From Narcine bancroftii (Eukaryota), in NCBI RefSeq assembly GCF_036971445.1, contig NC_091473.1, positions 40,486,001 to 40,550,000 on the forward strand: a DNA stretch of 64,000 nt, given 5' to 3'. The translations under genes and the position numbers were made by a program. Shown in pieces: positions 11,301 to 25,500 of the stretch. The stretch's first letter is position 1. Every line of letters starts with the position of its first letter. The notes beneath the pieces are model-generated. The model had not been told where the DNA came from and searched no databases. It saw only the letters and a list, made by a program, of their open reading frames with translations.

Positions 11301-12590
11301 CAGTAAAATCCCATTATCTGAAATTCAAACAACCAGCATGTGGTAAATCACTGACATGTATAATTATCTGATCAAGCACACCTTTTGGCTGGTTGCACCT
11401 GTGGGCCTTCTTTCCGCAGTTAGAGCAGATTGAATCCTTTGCTAGGCAGCATTTCCTCTGATGCTTGCCCAGGCTGCAGAGGTAGCACCATGAGGGTTCC
11501 GGAAACACTGCAGCTGTGGTTGGTTCATTACCAGAGCCATTTGAGAATGTCGGGAAGCTTTTGTGGAACACTGCTATTGTAGTTGGGTCGTTAGGGAAGC
11601 AGAAGGGTGGTGGCGCATCCCAGGTGGCTACCACCGGGGTAACCACGAGGTGTTCACGCTGTCAGTTAAGTAAGCCTCCAAGTTTTGGAGGGTCATCTCC
11701 AGCATACCTACCAGCTCAACTGCTCTCTGCAGACTGAGTTTCCCTTGCTCCAAAAGTCTGTCTGATGTAGATCGACCATGACATAGGCATCCTGGATCAG
11801 GTCCTCTGTATACTCTGCCACAGACACGGCTTTGGATTCGTAGGCCTTGCCAAAGATATTCAGCGTTTGACTCACCAGGTCATTGTTTATGAGTCACTAG
11901 TAGGTGTTTAGCTTAAACAACATTGATTTTGCACAAGTATTGCCCTTTGTGGATGTCCATGGCCTCGTAATATATTGTGGTGTTCCTGATCATGGAGAAC
12001 ACCTGGATGCCGATTCATGAGTGCAGTACCTGCAGTTTTTCGGTCTCTGATCAGACTATGGTAGAGGAAGCCTTCAGGAATGCTTTGAAACAGCGCAGCC
12101 AAAGTTGGTAGGTGCTTCAGGCAACTCTGGGTCAATTTCCATCTTTTCTGGCTTGAGGATCTGCTCCATTGTAGAAAACTTCAAGTGAATAAAATTGATG
12201 CACCATCAATCACTCAAAGACTATTGTAGAGAAACTAAAAATAGGCTTTTATTCACTTGAGAACTTAGCACATCGCTACTATTTGGCTATCCTGCACTGA
12301 GTTACAGGGGGCTATGGAACAGTCACCTTTATACAGAAACCTGTGGGGAGGGGCCACAGGTACAACCAGACAATAGGTGTGCTTGACCAGACAATTATAT
12401 ATGGCAGTAGTTTACCGCAAGGCAGCCTCAAGAAATCAGCAAAAAAAAAAGCAGAAAATAAATTGGTAAAAAATATGAAAGTTTCAAATGAGCGCTTCCA
12501 GCAGTTAGTTCACCAATGATACAATCTCAAGCAACTGGCAAACTCACATCCAGCATCTACCAATCCCCATAGGTGCTGGATACCTATAAA
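11301..12590. mobile_element. Tigger-like MITE interrupted by the inverted-LTR element
   Basis: TA-CAGTAAAA start. The two halves rejoin to match the reverse complement of the related copy at about 6015-6220. Confidence 0.6.
11339..12419 (-). mobile_element. Gypsy-derived element: LTR plus gag remnant, closed by an inverted partial LTR
   Basis: LTR 12419-12196 (TG...CATCA, TATA and AATAAA on minus). gag starts MEQILKPEKMEIDPE and has zinc knuckles CYLCSLGKH...CSNCGKKAH. About 70 bp of terminal inverted repeats, flanked by AGCA/GGCA. Confidence 0.75.
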
Positions 12591-13521
12591 TGCTGTTATT
12601 TATAATTCTCGAGTGCAGGCTATCTGGCTCTAGCAATTTGTTTCCCTAATATTTCATCCCTTGTGATTGGAATTTTTACAAGTTCCTCTATGTCATTTGA
12701 AATTAGAAATCTGTTATCTTAGGGATATTTGCAGTTAAGATTCCACAGGAAAGAATGAAGCACAAAAAGTTATTTAATGTTACTTCCAGTTCTTTGTTTC
12801 CTATTATTTATTCACTAGCCTTGAGCTCAGCTATCTTAGCCATTTTCTTCATATTTATAAATATGTGGAAACTCTTGCCAGTTGATGACAGTGTCATCAA
12901 TGTTGGGATTTTTTTTCCTCTGTGGGGAGTAATTAAACAGAGTAGATCTATACTTTATCAAGTTTAGGAGAAATAGAGGAGATGTCATTGAAACATTTAA
13001 AATTTCTAAAAGGTTTGATGAGGGGATAAGATTTTGATGCTTTTCCTAGAACCTGGGACAAGGTCTCAAAATAAGACTTGAGATGAATTTTTTTCATCTA
13101 GAGCATATGAATTTTAAGAACCCTCTTTGAAAAGGGCAGTGGAGTTTATTCAACAAAAAAGTGGTAGTTTTGTTAATTAAGAGAATCAAAGTGTGTATAC
13201 AAAATTAACAACAATTTGAATGGATCTGATTGATCTAGTTCTGCTTTTATTTTGTATATTCTTGTATGGTGTGCACATACTCATTTGGAGTGCATTAAAA
13301 AATTATGTGCCATGAGAATTCTTTAAAAAACCTATACTTCTGAGAAGTATTTATTTTTTTGCAACAAATTTAATGTTTTCTGAGACTGCTTCAGTAGCTC
13401 TGAAATGTATTATTATTTTCAAATTAATATGGATGGAGTGCTCAAACCAAATAATAAGAATTTGTTTGTTTCATTCTCCAGATCTTAAAGCTCAGCATTG
13501 CAATCATATCTGAATATCAAA

Positions 13522-16500
13522 ATGTCCTTCAGAAGAGGTATGCAGGAGTTGATGTTATAATTAAACAAACATAAATCAGTGAAGTAGCTTCTTCCTTGTG
13601 CCTATTGAACAATTTGTGCTAGATCACACAGACCTGGATCAAGCTGATTCATCTCTACTGGCCCTGACCTGCCTAGCTAGATTTGGAGGCTTGAATCTCT
13701 GCAGCAGTATGTCAGACAGCAAGACTAGAGGTCTTCTGTCAATACTGAGGCTTTTTTACATTCTGATATCTCTGATAGAGCCTATAAAGCAGCATATTTT
13801 AAAAATGTAAATGTTCTTAAAAATTGTCCGTAAAAAAATAAATAAATAAATAAATAAATAAAATCCCCATTATTCAGCACTTACAGGGATCGCGAATGTC
13901 GGAAATGCCGAATACACCTGCATTAAGAATACACCATTTAAAAGACAAAAGACAGTGCAAAATGTAATGTAATTTTTTAAAAATTCAGTCTTGTAGACTT
14001 TAATTATGTAAAGCACACTTTAATCAGATTCCCATAATTTATCAAATTTGAATTTGAACTTGCTAACCCTCTCCACTCATGCTAACAACCTGACTCACCT
14101 CTACGCACCCCTTCCTTTAAATTCAAACCCCATTCGCAAGCACTGTAATAGCATTGCACTAGCTGCTACACTAACTATCCTACTGTCAAAATTAAACCCA
14201 TCCCTCCCCCAAGTTTACAGATAAAACCTTACTAATATACTTAATAATATAGGCTCTTTCCAGGCAGAGATAGGGAGACATTTTGGGAGAATTGTCCCAG
14301 TGGTGAGCAATATCAGCCGGCTCCTCATATTAGGCGCCTCCATTTTATTCAAACACAACTTTATTGAAACTTTATTCAAATAGCTGCTGTGGAAGGGGCA
14401 CAACGAAGGCACTTTGTTAGCTGAATGTTTTCTCCCATCTTCACCAAGGGGTTGTGTGTTGCAGAGAACATTTACTTTTGTAATTTAAAACTTTTATTTA
14501 AAATTTATTTACTCTTTTTTGTTTTTCAACTTATTAATTAATTCATTCATTTCTTCAAATTATTTTTTGCTGGTGTTTTAGTTTCCAGTTGGTTGAGTGA
14601 CAGATAATGGGGATTTTACTGTAAATTAAAATAAAACCCATTTTCCATGTTCTTTTGATCAAATATCCCCATTGAAATCAATAGTGTGCCCATTCGTTCA
14701 CTAGGTTTGACTGCTGTAGAATTAGAGAGGCAGATTCCCCAACGTACTCTAAAGTACACAGAAAAACTGGGTTTTGCTAATGGACTCCATAACATTCGTC
14801 CTTTGGATTTGCAGAAGGTCTGCATGACCCTAGCCAGCATGATTCAGCCTATAGAAAAAACTATGTTGAGAAAAGGAGATTTAATGCTTCAACACAGTGA
14901 CCTATCTTCAGAAATACTTGAAAAGAAGGTCTAATACCTTGTAATCATAATGATCATTAATTGGGTTCATTGTGCCTTGGAATTGGTAAAATATCATTTT
15001 ACAAGTTGGCTAGTGTTATTCATTCTCCTGTGATCTTTGCAGGAGTGTTCAGATGTAGGAATGCCTGGAAAAGTTTGGCTATTGTGATTAAAAAGGCCAT
15101 TGATATTCATAACTTAAATTTGTAAATTTAGACATTCAGTACAGTAACAGGCCCTTTTGGCCCATGAACTGTGTCACCAAATTACATCCCAATTGACCTA
15201 CAAACCCCAGTACATTTTAGAAGTGTTGGAGGAAACCGGAGCACCCGGAGGAAACTCATGAGATACAGGGAGAATGTAGAGAATGTACAAACTATGTACG
15301 GACAGTGCCACATTTGAACCCTGGTCACTTGGCACTGTAACATTGTTTAGTGCAGCCATTCTCAACCCTTTTTTTGGCTATGGCCCCCTTCCCTGTGAGC
15401 AGCCATTTAGTTGTTTTTTTTCCGTACTTCTCTCCAACTACATCAAAAGAATTTAGGATTTCGGTCAGTGCACTCCCCCCCCCCCTCCCCCAACCCCTTT
15501 GGCTCCCAGAGAGCCATATAGCCCCCGTTGAGAATGGTTGGTCTAGTGTTAGCCAGAGGAAGGTCACGTGTGAAGGGTGTTTGGACAGATGGTGACTTCT
15601 ATTGCATTCGACCTCTGAACAAGGATCTAAGGGGACATTGATGTGAGGAGAAAGATGAATCAAGAGAAATTTGATTTTTCTTCTTTTACAGTTCATATCC
15701 TGGTGATCCTGCTTGTTGCAGTAGTGCTTTTGATAGTTGTTCGCCATAATCTAATAAATGTCCATGATCTTTTGAGCAAAGGAAACTCTGGTAAGTGATA
15801 ACACTTTTTTCTTATTCATCATGATATGTTGTATCACATTTTGTTTATTACAATAATAGATTACTGCAGATCTATTTCTGGAGTTATATTTTTCAGCATT
15901 TGTATCTGTTACATTGTGATCTTTGTTATGGAGTCCAGAGGACCCCAAAACCCAGCAGCAATAGATATGCACCATGACAAAGGGTTACTTAAACAAAAGT
16001 TGCTTTTACTTATCATTGCAAATGAAAACAAAATCAAACTTTAACTTATTACTATCAACTTACTTAACCTACTTAGCCACCCTCTAATTCTTAGTGCACG
16101 TGTGTGTAATGTATATATAAGTGTAGGAAAGTTCTTTGGTTCACAGTCCAATGTCACTGGTTGCATGCAATTCTTGTACTGTGCACAGAAGTTAACATTA
16201 ATAAAGTTCACCAGGCTTTGGTGCTTAACAGGCAAATGGTTACCACTCAGGAGGGTTCTTGTTGGTTTTCAGAGAGAGAGATTCCTTTTGTTCCAGGACA
16301 TCCACACCTGATTGCTTTTTAATCAGTCTTGCTGACAAAACTTGCCCCTTCAGGGTTCTCCAGATAATCCTCTTTCTTTTGGGTCACCACAGAGTTCCTT
16401 TCAGACAGCCAGTCTTCTCTTTTGACCACAGTCTTCCAAAATTTGCCAGCTTGTCCTTCAGGAACCAAAGCCTGTGTCTCTCACTCCCTCCCTCTCTGAG

Positions 16501-19500
16501 AGCAAAGCTGTTCTGCCTGCAAAGATCACATGCTCCTCCAGGCAAGCTGCTGCTGTATGTTGCTATTTTATTGCCTTTTGCAAAATAGCACTCTGCAAAA
16601 GTCGTGCAAAAATTCTGTTTTTAAAATATTTGTGTGCAACCTGCTCTAACAATCTTCCCAAACCACCTCTAAATACTCTGTCACATCTTCCATTCAATAG
16701 ATGTGTCATTTATTAACGAATATTTTGTAACTTAACTGCAACATTAAAATGTCCTTAAATTCATATTTCTTATTCTGGAATGTATATTTGCACATTTTGC
16801 CTGGCTAACATAGCAAACAGAAAAAGTGTTTGAATTTATTTGATTATTGTAGGTATATTATAAAGATGGAACATTTGAATGGCCAATTTGTAAAATGTAA
16901 AATTTGTAATTTTTGTTTGATCCAACAACCATTCATTGATCAATTATTTAACTTCAAATAAACAGAAAATTATAATTTTGAGTAATTTTACAATCATTTA
17001 AATGTGAGCTGTATTTCTCTTTTGGATTTCCTTTGCTTTTTAAAGGAACACATTTTTTCTTTTAATACTCAGAGTAGGAATTACAACCCAGAGAAGTGAC
17101 ATTGAAAATCGTTTTTGCTCTCTATCAACTGGCATGAAAGACATTTAAAATGTTTTCTTAGTGCAAATTAATTACTTTCTCCTAATTTTTGCATTTAATT
17201 CAGAGCTAAAATATGGAAGAGTACAATCAAATGACTTTCTAAGAATTACAGAAGAGAGGACTGGTGAAGAAATTCCAATTCTTATACCTGCTGTAGAAGA
17301 GCGACTCGGTGGAGTAATATCAGCTATCAACAGTATATATAGTAACACCAGATCAAACGTTGTGTTTTATATAATAACTACAAATGACACAATTAGTCAC
17401 TTAAGGTAAACATAACTTTCAAAGAATTACAAGTAAAAATCAATCTAATTTTCTCAACTTTTAATCTTTCTGCAGAATTGAACACTTGTAATTATTCTTT
17501 ACATTTGATTCAAGATCTTGGCTTCAGAAACAAGAACTGATGAATATTAACTATAAAATTGTAGAATTTGACCAGCGTATTTTAAGAGGCAAAGTCCAAG
17601 GTGACATTGATTCACCTGAAGTAAAGCCAGTGAGTACTGATTTGTGTGTAATTTTGAATATTATATTAAACATTATGTATCCATGAATAATTTCAGCTTT
17701 TCCATTCCTTTCATAAATCAGTTTCTCAATCTGATACCATTCTTTAAATCTTCCGTGTACACGCCCCAAGCTCTTGAAATGTTTCCCACAAAATGGTGGG
17801 CAAAACTGGTGAATACTGTAAGGTAAAACATCATGAGATGGGAATGTGTAGGGAGTTACCCTGTACAGGGCAGTAACAAGAAGGGGAGGTGTCCTTGTAC
17901 TCCTGTTAGGTAAAACATCATGAGATGGGACCGGAGAAGGAGTCACCCAGTACTAAGGAGTAACAGAATGCATCCTTGTACTTACAAGATAAGAGAGACA
18001 TTGATGGATTGAGAGGCAGGAAGCTAGCAGGGAAAGGATAGCAACAGTTTTAGTCATTGGACAAGTAATGATATGATGATGTTCTAAGCATGTATCCAAG
18101 GGTATAAAAAATCACCATTTTGCTGATAACGGCAGAATGCATTCTCCGACTAACTTTGTTAGTCGCAAGTGTTACAATCCGGTAATAAAGAACAAAGAAC
18201 CGTGATTTCGACTCAGCCTGGTGTTTGTCTCACTCATTCATGAACAAAGCAGACCTAACAATACTCACTAGCTTTGACCAGATCATTGATTTATAATGGC
18301 TTCTCATATCTTTCTAGCTTTTATAATCAATACCTTTATATTCCCCTAAAGTTTATAAACATCCCTTCTATTTTTTCATCTGTACTGTTGCCTTCAAAAC
18401 TTTCTTTATATCTTCCACTTCTTTTGAAAACCAAAACAATAAATTGTACATAGAATAAATATGAAACAAAGATACTGTATAATAAGAAGTTACTTCAACG
18501 ATTTCTGACAAGATTAATGATGATTTTTTTTATGTATTCAATAAATCCATAATATTTATTGCTTTGATAATCTAGATCTTTTCCAGTTAATGAATTTGAA
18601 TGGAAGATTAAAATTCTCATCTTGATTGGCAATTTTTCATTGTTTTAGTTGACTTTTGCAAGGTTTTACCTCCCTATGTTGGTTTCCAGCCCAAAGAAAG
18701 CTATTTACTTGGATGATGATGTGATTGTACAAGGTAATTTTTTTTTTATTATTGCTTCAGTTGTAAATCTCTGAATATGAACACAAGATATGCAAAGTGC
18801 TGTGTAGAGAATTCTGATTTTTTTTAAAAGTAATTTAAGGTTCCTTTATTGTCACATACTGATACACAAAATGGAAAAAGACAAAATGTGTCAAATTTTG
18901 CCTGCTGTAAAGGCACTCATAGAGGTGGCACTAGCATTGCCCAGGCCTCCAACTATGTGAAAAAGCAGTAAAACATGGTCCCTTTAGAGATACTGAGTGT
19001 CTATGGATTTGCATATGATGTTCAATCCATTGGAAAACCTGTGCTCCCAGATCCAAAGCACTGATACAATCAAGGAACTTTCAGCACCTGAGGTTCCTTC
19101 AGCAGTACTTTCAAATTCTGGTCCTGATACCTGGTTCCCATGGACCATTCTACAGAATGACCTGGTTTCAGACCTTCATCCGCCAGTCACCAACACCTTG
19201 GAGCCTGTGTGGGTCTTTCAGCTGCTGATCCTGTGGCTGGTCTGTTGCTGTTGGGTTGTCTCCCAGGCTTGTGCATCTCAGTGAGGAGGGAAGGAACGTT
19301 CTACTACTCTGGTGCCCTGCCCCCATCTGCTCATTTTATGGAGTCCACAGCCCTCATATTCCACTGCTAAGTTTGCATGCTGCCATCTTGGGCACAGCCT
19401 TTTTAATGATGGGCTGCTTTTAATAATGAACTGTCTTAGTGACCAACAATGAATTGGCCTACATCCAGCGAATTTCCAGATTAAACTTTTATTTTCATTT

Positions 19501-22500
19501 TTTTAATTTAACACAACTAATTTTATACCAACTATATTTCCAATATTCAGCAATTCATGATTCTAATTAGCAAAAGTTCATTATGTTTTTTATTGAAATT
19601 TCCTTGCCCAATCTCATCTGCAGAGTTTGCTTGCTTTCAAAGATGGGATAGCTTTCCAAAATTCATTAGGTAAACCGGTTTTGAGACCTTTCAGCATCTT
19701 CCAACCATGTATAAATTTTAAATGTCACTTTTCTCCCCCTCTCGTACCGATTGGATCAGGAGATATCCAAGAACTTTATGATACTGAACTGAAGCCAGGC
19801 CATGCTGCTGCATTTTCTGAAGATTGTGATTCATTATCTTCTAAGGTGCTGGTCAGAGGTGCTGGAAGTCAGGTATTTTTCATTCATTGTAGAAATTGCT
19901 ATTGGGGTTACCGACCTAATAGTTATATGATCCTGGATGTATGGAAAGAGAATGAAGTATTCAAAGTTCAAATTTATTGTCAGAGTACATACATGACATC
20001 GCATACAACCCTGAGAATCTTTTGCCTGCAGGTCACACAGAATTTCTACTTATCGGTAATGCAAAAAATAACTGTACTGAATAAAGTATGAAAAAGAACA
20101 AAATATAAACAAGGCGGCAGTGCAACAAACTGTGCAACACAAAAAATATTCAATAATAAATAATGTGCAAAGTAAGAATTCATAAATGAATCTCTGAGTT
20201 TGTTGCTTAGGAGTCTGATGGTGGAAAGGTTTATGAACCTGGTGGCATGAATCTTGTGGCATCTATACCTCTTTCCTGGTGGTATCAGTGAGAATAGAGC
20301 ATGTCCTGGGCGATGTAGATCCTTGATGGCAGTGTCCATGCAGATGTTTTTCAATATGTACTGTGCTGTGTCAACTACCTTTTGCAGGGCTTTCTGCTCA
20401 GAGAATTTGATGCCCCCATACCAGGCTGTGATGCAGCCAGTCAGCACTCTTTCCATTACTCATCTGTAGAAGTTTATCAAAGTTTTCTATGTCATTCCAA
20501 ACCTCTGCAAACTTCTGAGAAAGTATATCAGCAGTCTTGTTTCAGTTTTCAAATTTAACCTCCAGAGCAGATAAAGCATTCTGTATGAAAAGCTAACATT
20601 AATTTATATGCATAATATAGTTATCTAGGTGATAAATTCTCTCCCACCCTATCAGTTGGCTTTTTTAAAAAAATGTATTGTTCATTTTCTGACTCCCAGC
20701 TATTCCAAAAGTATTCCTGTAACTTATAAATAAGAGTAGATTCATAACCTACAAATGAGTTCGCTTAAATATTTTAACTGCTTAAGTTATTTTGTGGTCA
20801 ACCCATTGAAACCAAATGTAATTTAATCTTGAGTCTGTTAACTTCATTAATTGCTAGAAATATTGTGGGAAATATATTGACTTCACCTCTGATGTGGGGT
20901 AAATCATTATGCCAGCTTGTATGTACTGTCAGAAATTCTGTGTGCACACTGTAAAAGGGGGGAAAAAAAGCAAAAAAAAAGGAAACAGGAGTTCAGGTAC
21001 AAGAGCCACCATTTCAGGTCAGCAAGTTTTTGACAGGATGAAACTGAAATATTGTTTCTTTTTCTACACTTGCAACATGACCTATTTCCAGCAGTTTCTA
21101 TTTGCATTTTGAATTTCCCCTATCTGAAGGGTTTTTTTGCTTTTTAATTTAAGAGCAGAGAAAGGTTACTTTAAATACAACTGCCATTGACAGTCAAATG
21201 TCAAGTTGTCACTAACAACGTGCAGTGTGGTCAGCAAATTGCTATTCAAGCTCATCTACGTGGGCAATTATTGGAACCTTAAAGTGAATACTAACTCACT
21301 CGCTGCTATTGCTGTGGAATATCTCCCCTCCTCACAACAAGATGCTATAAAATACAGAGACTGTGGAAACTATCACTAATTGGCACCCACCAAAACATCA
21401 TGAGTTTGTTAACTGAAATTGTGACATTCAGATAAAATAGCTGAATAGAAATTTTAACTCATGTTTTCTAGAACACCTATTTGGGCTTTCTTGATTATAA
21501 AAAGGAAACCATTAGAAAACTTGGGATGAAAGCAGGCACATGCTCCTTCAATCCTGGTGTATTTGTGGCTAATCTCACTGAATGGAAACAACAAAACATC
21601 ACAGAACAACTTGAAAAATGGATGGAAATCAATGTGGCGTAAGTTTACATAATGCCTCACATCTATTATGCACACATGTCTATTTTCACTCAGAAATAAT
21701 GTAATTTCTTGTTAAGGTAAACTTCTAATGTTATTTGTCAAGAAAGACATATATGACAGTGAAAATAATAAACAGGAAATTTTGCAGAGGTATCAATAAA
21801 TTATTTTTATTTTTAGCATTGAAGTACAGTGCACTTCCAATTAACCAAAAACCGATCAACCGGAATTCCGAATATCCAAAAGATTTTTTTAACTGGTGTG
21901 ACATGACATCACAATTTGAAAAAAAATTAGGACCACTCTGGCCCATTCCCTTTCAAATCATCAAATTATTTTCAGCTAAGGTGAAAACTATTCACTCAAG
22001 GTTATATGGTTATATATTACTGCAGTCCCTTTAGCTTCTGCATACCTCCAGCATCAGCTTTTGAAAAGGTGGTTCTAAGGGAGCTAATATTACACTTGTA
22101 CATACTATTTACATACAAAATGTTGACGGTGATTATTCTTAGAACAAAGAGTAAAGAGCTGTATAGTCGACACTTTCCAGGTTTCCTAATTTCAAGGAAA
22201 TGTGAGGACAATATTCCGAATTACTATTTTATTAATCGAAATAAACCAAACTTTGTAGATGCAGCTTTATGTAGCTTTAATTCGTTGATAAAAGGGATAA
22301 GCATTTTGCATAACTTTGCATTAAGATTTTCATAACAATTAATAAACAAAGCATTAGACTATATTTAAAATCATAACGATATTCAACTTCAAAGAAATAT
22401 ACAAAAGAAATAAGACGAATTCAAAGAAAATCTCAAGCTTACGTCTCCTTCATAGTTCATCAAAAAATGAGATGCAAGCTCTTAGTCTGCGTGGATATTA

Positions 22501-25500
22501 TGACATATTACGTCATAGTCACTAAGGTAACACTACATACAACAGTCCTTAAAGAGATATGCACAAAATTAACTAAAAATCAAAAACACAAGATTTTAAC
22601 CTTTACAAGTTGTGCTGCTTTTTCCCCGCCCACCTGAGCCATTCTCTTCCCTGTCCGCTTGCCCAAGCCGCGCTCTCTGCTCGCCTGCCTGAGCTGTGCT
22701 GCTGCCCCCTCTTCTGTCCTCCAGCACAATTTCAGTGACCCCGCTGAAAGGGTATTTGACAAAGAGCACAACTCGAGCAAGCAGAGAGCGCGACTTGGGA
22801 AGGCGAGCGTGCGGGGAGAGAGCTTACAGGTTAGGTGAGCCCTCAAGCTCCTGGACAGATACGGGGACCTCAGGCTCCCAGGCATGATTGACGACAGCAG
22901 TGGGGATGTGTCAGGGATCAGCGATAGCCTAGATAAATATTTTCATGATACTACTGTTCTGCTTTAGAGAAAATTCCCAAATATCAGAAAGGTCCGCTTA
23001 ACTGAGATAAGTCCGGTCCTAAGCATTTTCAGATAATCGGAAACCTACTGTATTCATAGTTTTCAATTTTTTAAAATTTGGAGTATTGTGTGCAGTCTTT
23101 GACACCTAACCAAAGGAAGGATATCAATAAGATTGAAGGAGTGCAGGGAAGATTTACAAGGCTGTTGTCAGGACTTGAGGAACCGAATTACAGAGATAGG
23201 TTATTCCATGGTGCATAGAAGAATGAGGGGAAATTTTATTGAGGTACACTAAATTAGAAGGGGTAAAGAGTAAATGCAAACAAGATTTTTCTACTGTGGT
23301 TAGGTGAGACTAGAAATAGGTTAAGGGTGAAAGAGGAAATCTTTAAAGGGAACATTAGGGGGAACATTTTCCATGCAGTGGTTAGAGTGTGGAACAAGCT
23401 GCCAGGTGAAGTGGTGAATGTGGGCTCAATTTTTACATTTGCAAAAAGTATGGATAGCTACATAGATAGCAGTTTGGAGTGCTATGGTCTAGGTGCAGGT
23501 CAATGGGACTAGGCAGAATAGTAGTTGCCACAGACCAGATGGACCAAAGGGCCTGTTTCTCTGCTGTAGTGTACTATGGTTGGTGAACAGACTTGTTGGT
23601 GTACCCATTCAGCTAAATGGAAAGTATTTCACCACACAGAACTTTTGCAAAGATCTTAGTGAAGCCATCTTAGCATATTTAACAATCCCCATAAATACAA
23701 TTTCCACTGTTACAGGTATATGACTCTATCATTATAGTTTGTGACCTATGTTTCACTCTAATCAGGAGGTAAATAATTTGTAAATACAGTTGTTAATGCT
23801 TATTTGTTGTAAACAAGATTCATTCTTTTCATATTCATGACCTTTTGTCAATGAAAAATGTATCAGCATTTGCAATTAGGAGTTATTGGCTACATCATCT
23901 CTTTTGACAGGGAAAATTTGTATGGCGGTGCTCTGGCTGGAAGTGTTACAACACCACCTATGCTCTTGGTGTTCTATAAACAGTACTCATCCATTGATCC
24001 ATTGTGGCATGTCAGGCATCTTGGTAAGTCTTCATGTTCAAATGATTAATACTTCACAATATTACAACTAAGAAAAGATTATGTGCAGGATATGATAGAC
24101 AACAAAAGCTTATTTTCTGAATAACTTTTAAAACAAATCTTCATTTCTGGCTTTGGTGGCATTGCTGGTCACCATGTAACATTTGTCACCTGGTTAGAGT
24201 TCAATTTGCTTATATTCAGGGTAGCACCTGCTTGTGTGCCCACCTTTACTTGCAAACAGAGCCTGGTCTCCAGTTGCCTTGACCCCACCCCCTTGCCATT
24301 GAATCAAGACCTTGCTCAATGAAACCTCTGTTGTAAGTGATATGTAGTGGCTGTCTATGTTAAAAGAAACTGCAACTCTAAAGTATTAAGTTCAAAATCT
24401 GGAACGTCAATTGGCAACTTAAATGAATGCAGGTCTGCAGTCAACAAAATCTCAGCACTGAATTAGACACATCAGGCAGAGTGTCTAGTTTAAAGAACAT
24501 GCACTCCACCTTCTGAGGGCAAATCAGAAAATGAATGTAATCTTCGAGGAGTAAGCTTTGCCATCAAGGATGGGCTGCTCTGGTGTATTGTCTTGTGGAA
24601 ATAGCAAGCACCTTATGATCTACTATCATGAGTGAATACACTCCAACCCTGTAAATTTCAGAAGGGACCAAGGACATGTGCTTCGAGACCACATTCAAAG
24701 AAAAACAATGTTCCTCTTGAGTGACTTCAGGTGCCAGCACAGTGAGCAGTGATAAGAGCCACACTGTTACTGCACCAACATCCCAGGTTCTAATCCACTG
24801 ATTGTACATTCCTCCTGTGTTAGTGTGGGTTTCCTCTCACCCTTCAAAATGTACCAGGGTTATAGGTCAATTGAGTGTAATTGGGCAGCACAGACTCGAG
24901 GGCTGGAATGGCCTGTTACTATGTTCTAGGTCTAAATTTAAATTTTAAAAAATAAATAAAGCATCAATATGGAAATGATGAACAAACAAAGAACAAAAAA
25001 GTCATACTCTGAAGGTATCCTTCTCTTACCAAAGTGGTTGTCCTTGAGACAAACGTTTCATGGCAACTCTCTGGTACCTATTAGGTTATGTTATAATGCC
25101 GGCACTCACAAGACAGGGACTCATGACTGCTGGATTGACATGACTGATCTGTTTTAATAATATCTATCATTTGTCGCAAAAACATCAGCATCTAAAGAAG
25201 TTTTGTTAGATCAATGTCGAAGCTTTCAAGGACTCCATGAAGGTAGGTCTTCTCAGACTCAACCTCACAACCTGTTCAACTCCCAAAGGAGCTACAGTGT
25301 TCGCAGCTCTTGATTCCTTTAAAGTCCACCATACTTGGTACTTTTGAAGAGGCTCTTGACTTCTCTACTAAGAACCAGGCTGATTTGATAAGAATGACAA
25401 GGAGATTGAGGTGCTAATCAACTCCTAAGGCACTCCTAATTTAGGAGCTCCAGTTTCATTCAAGATAAAGAAACAACTTTACAGACATCTGAAGGCAGAA

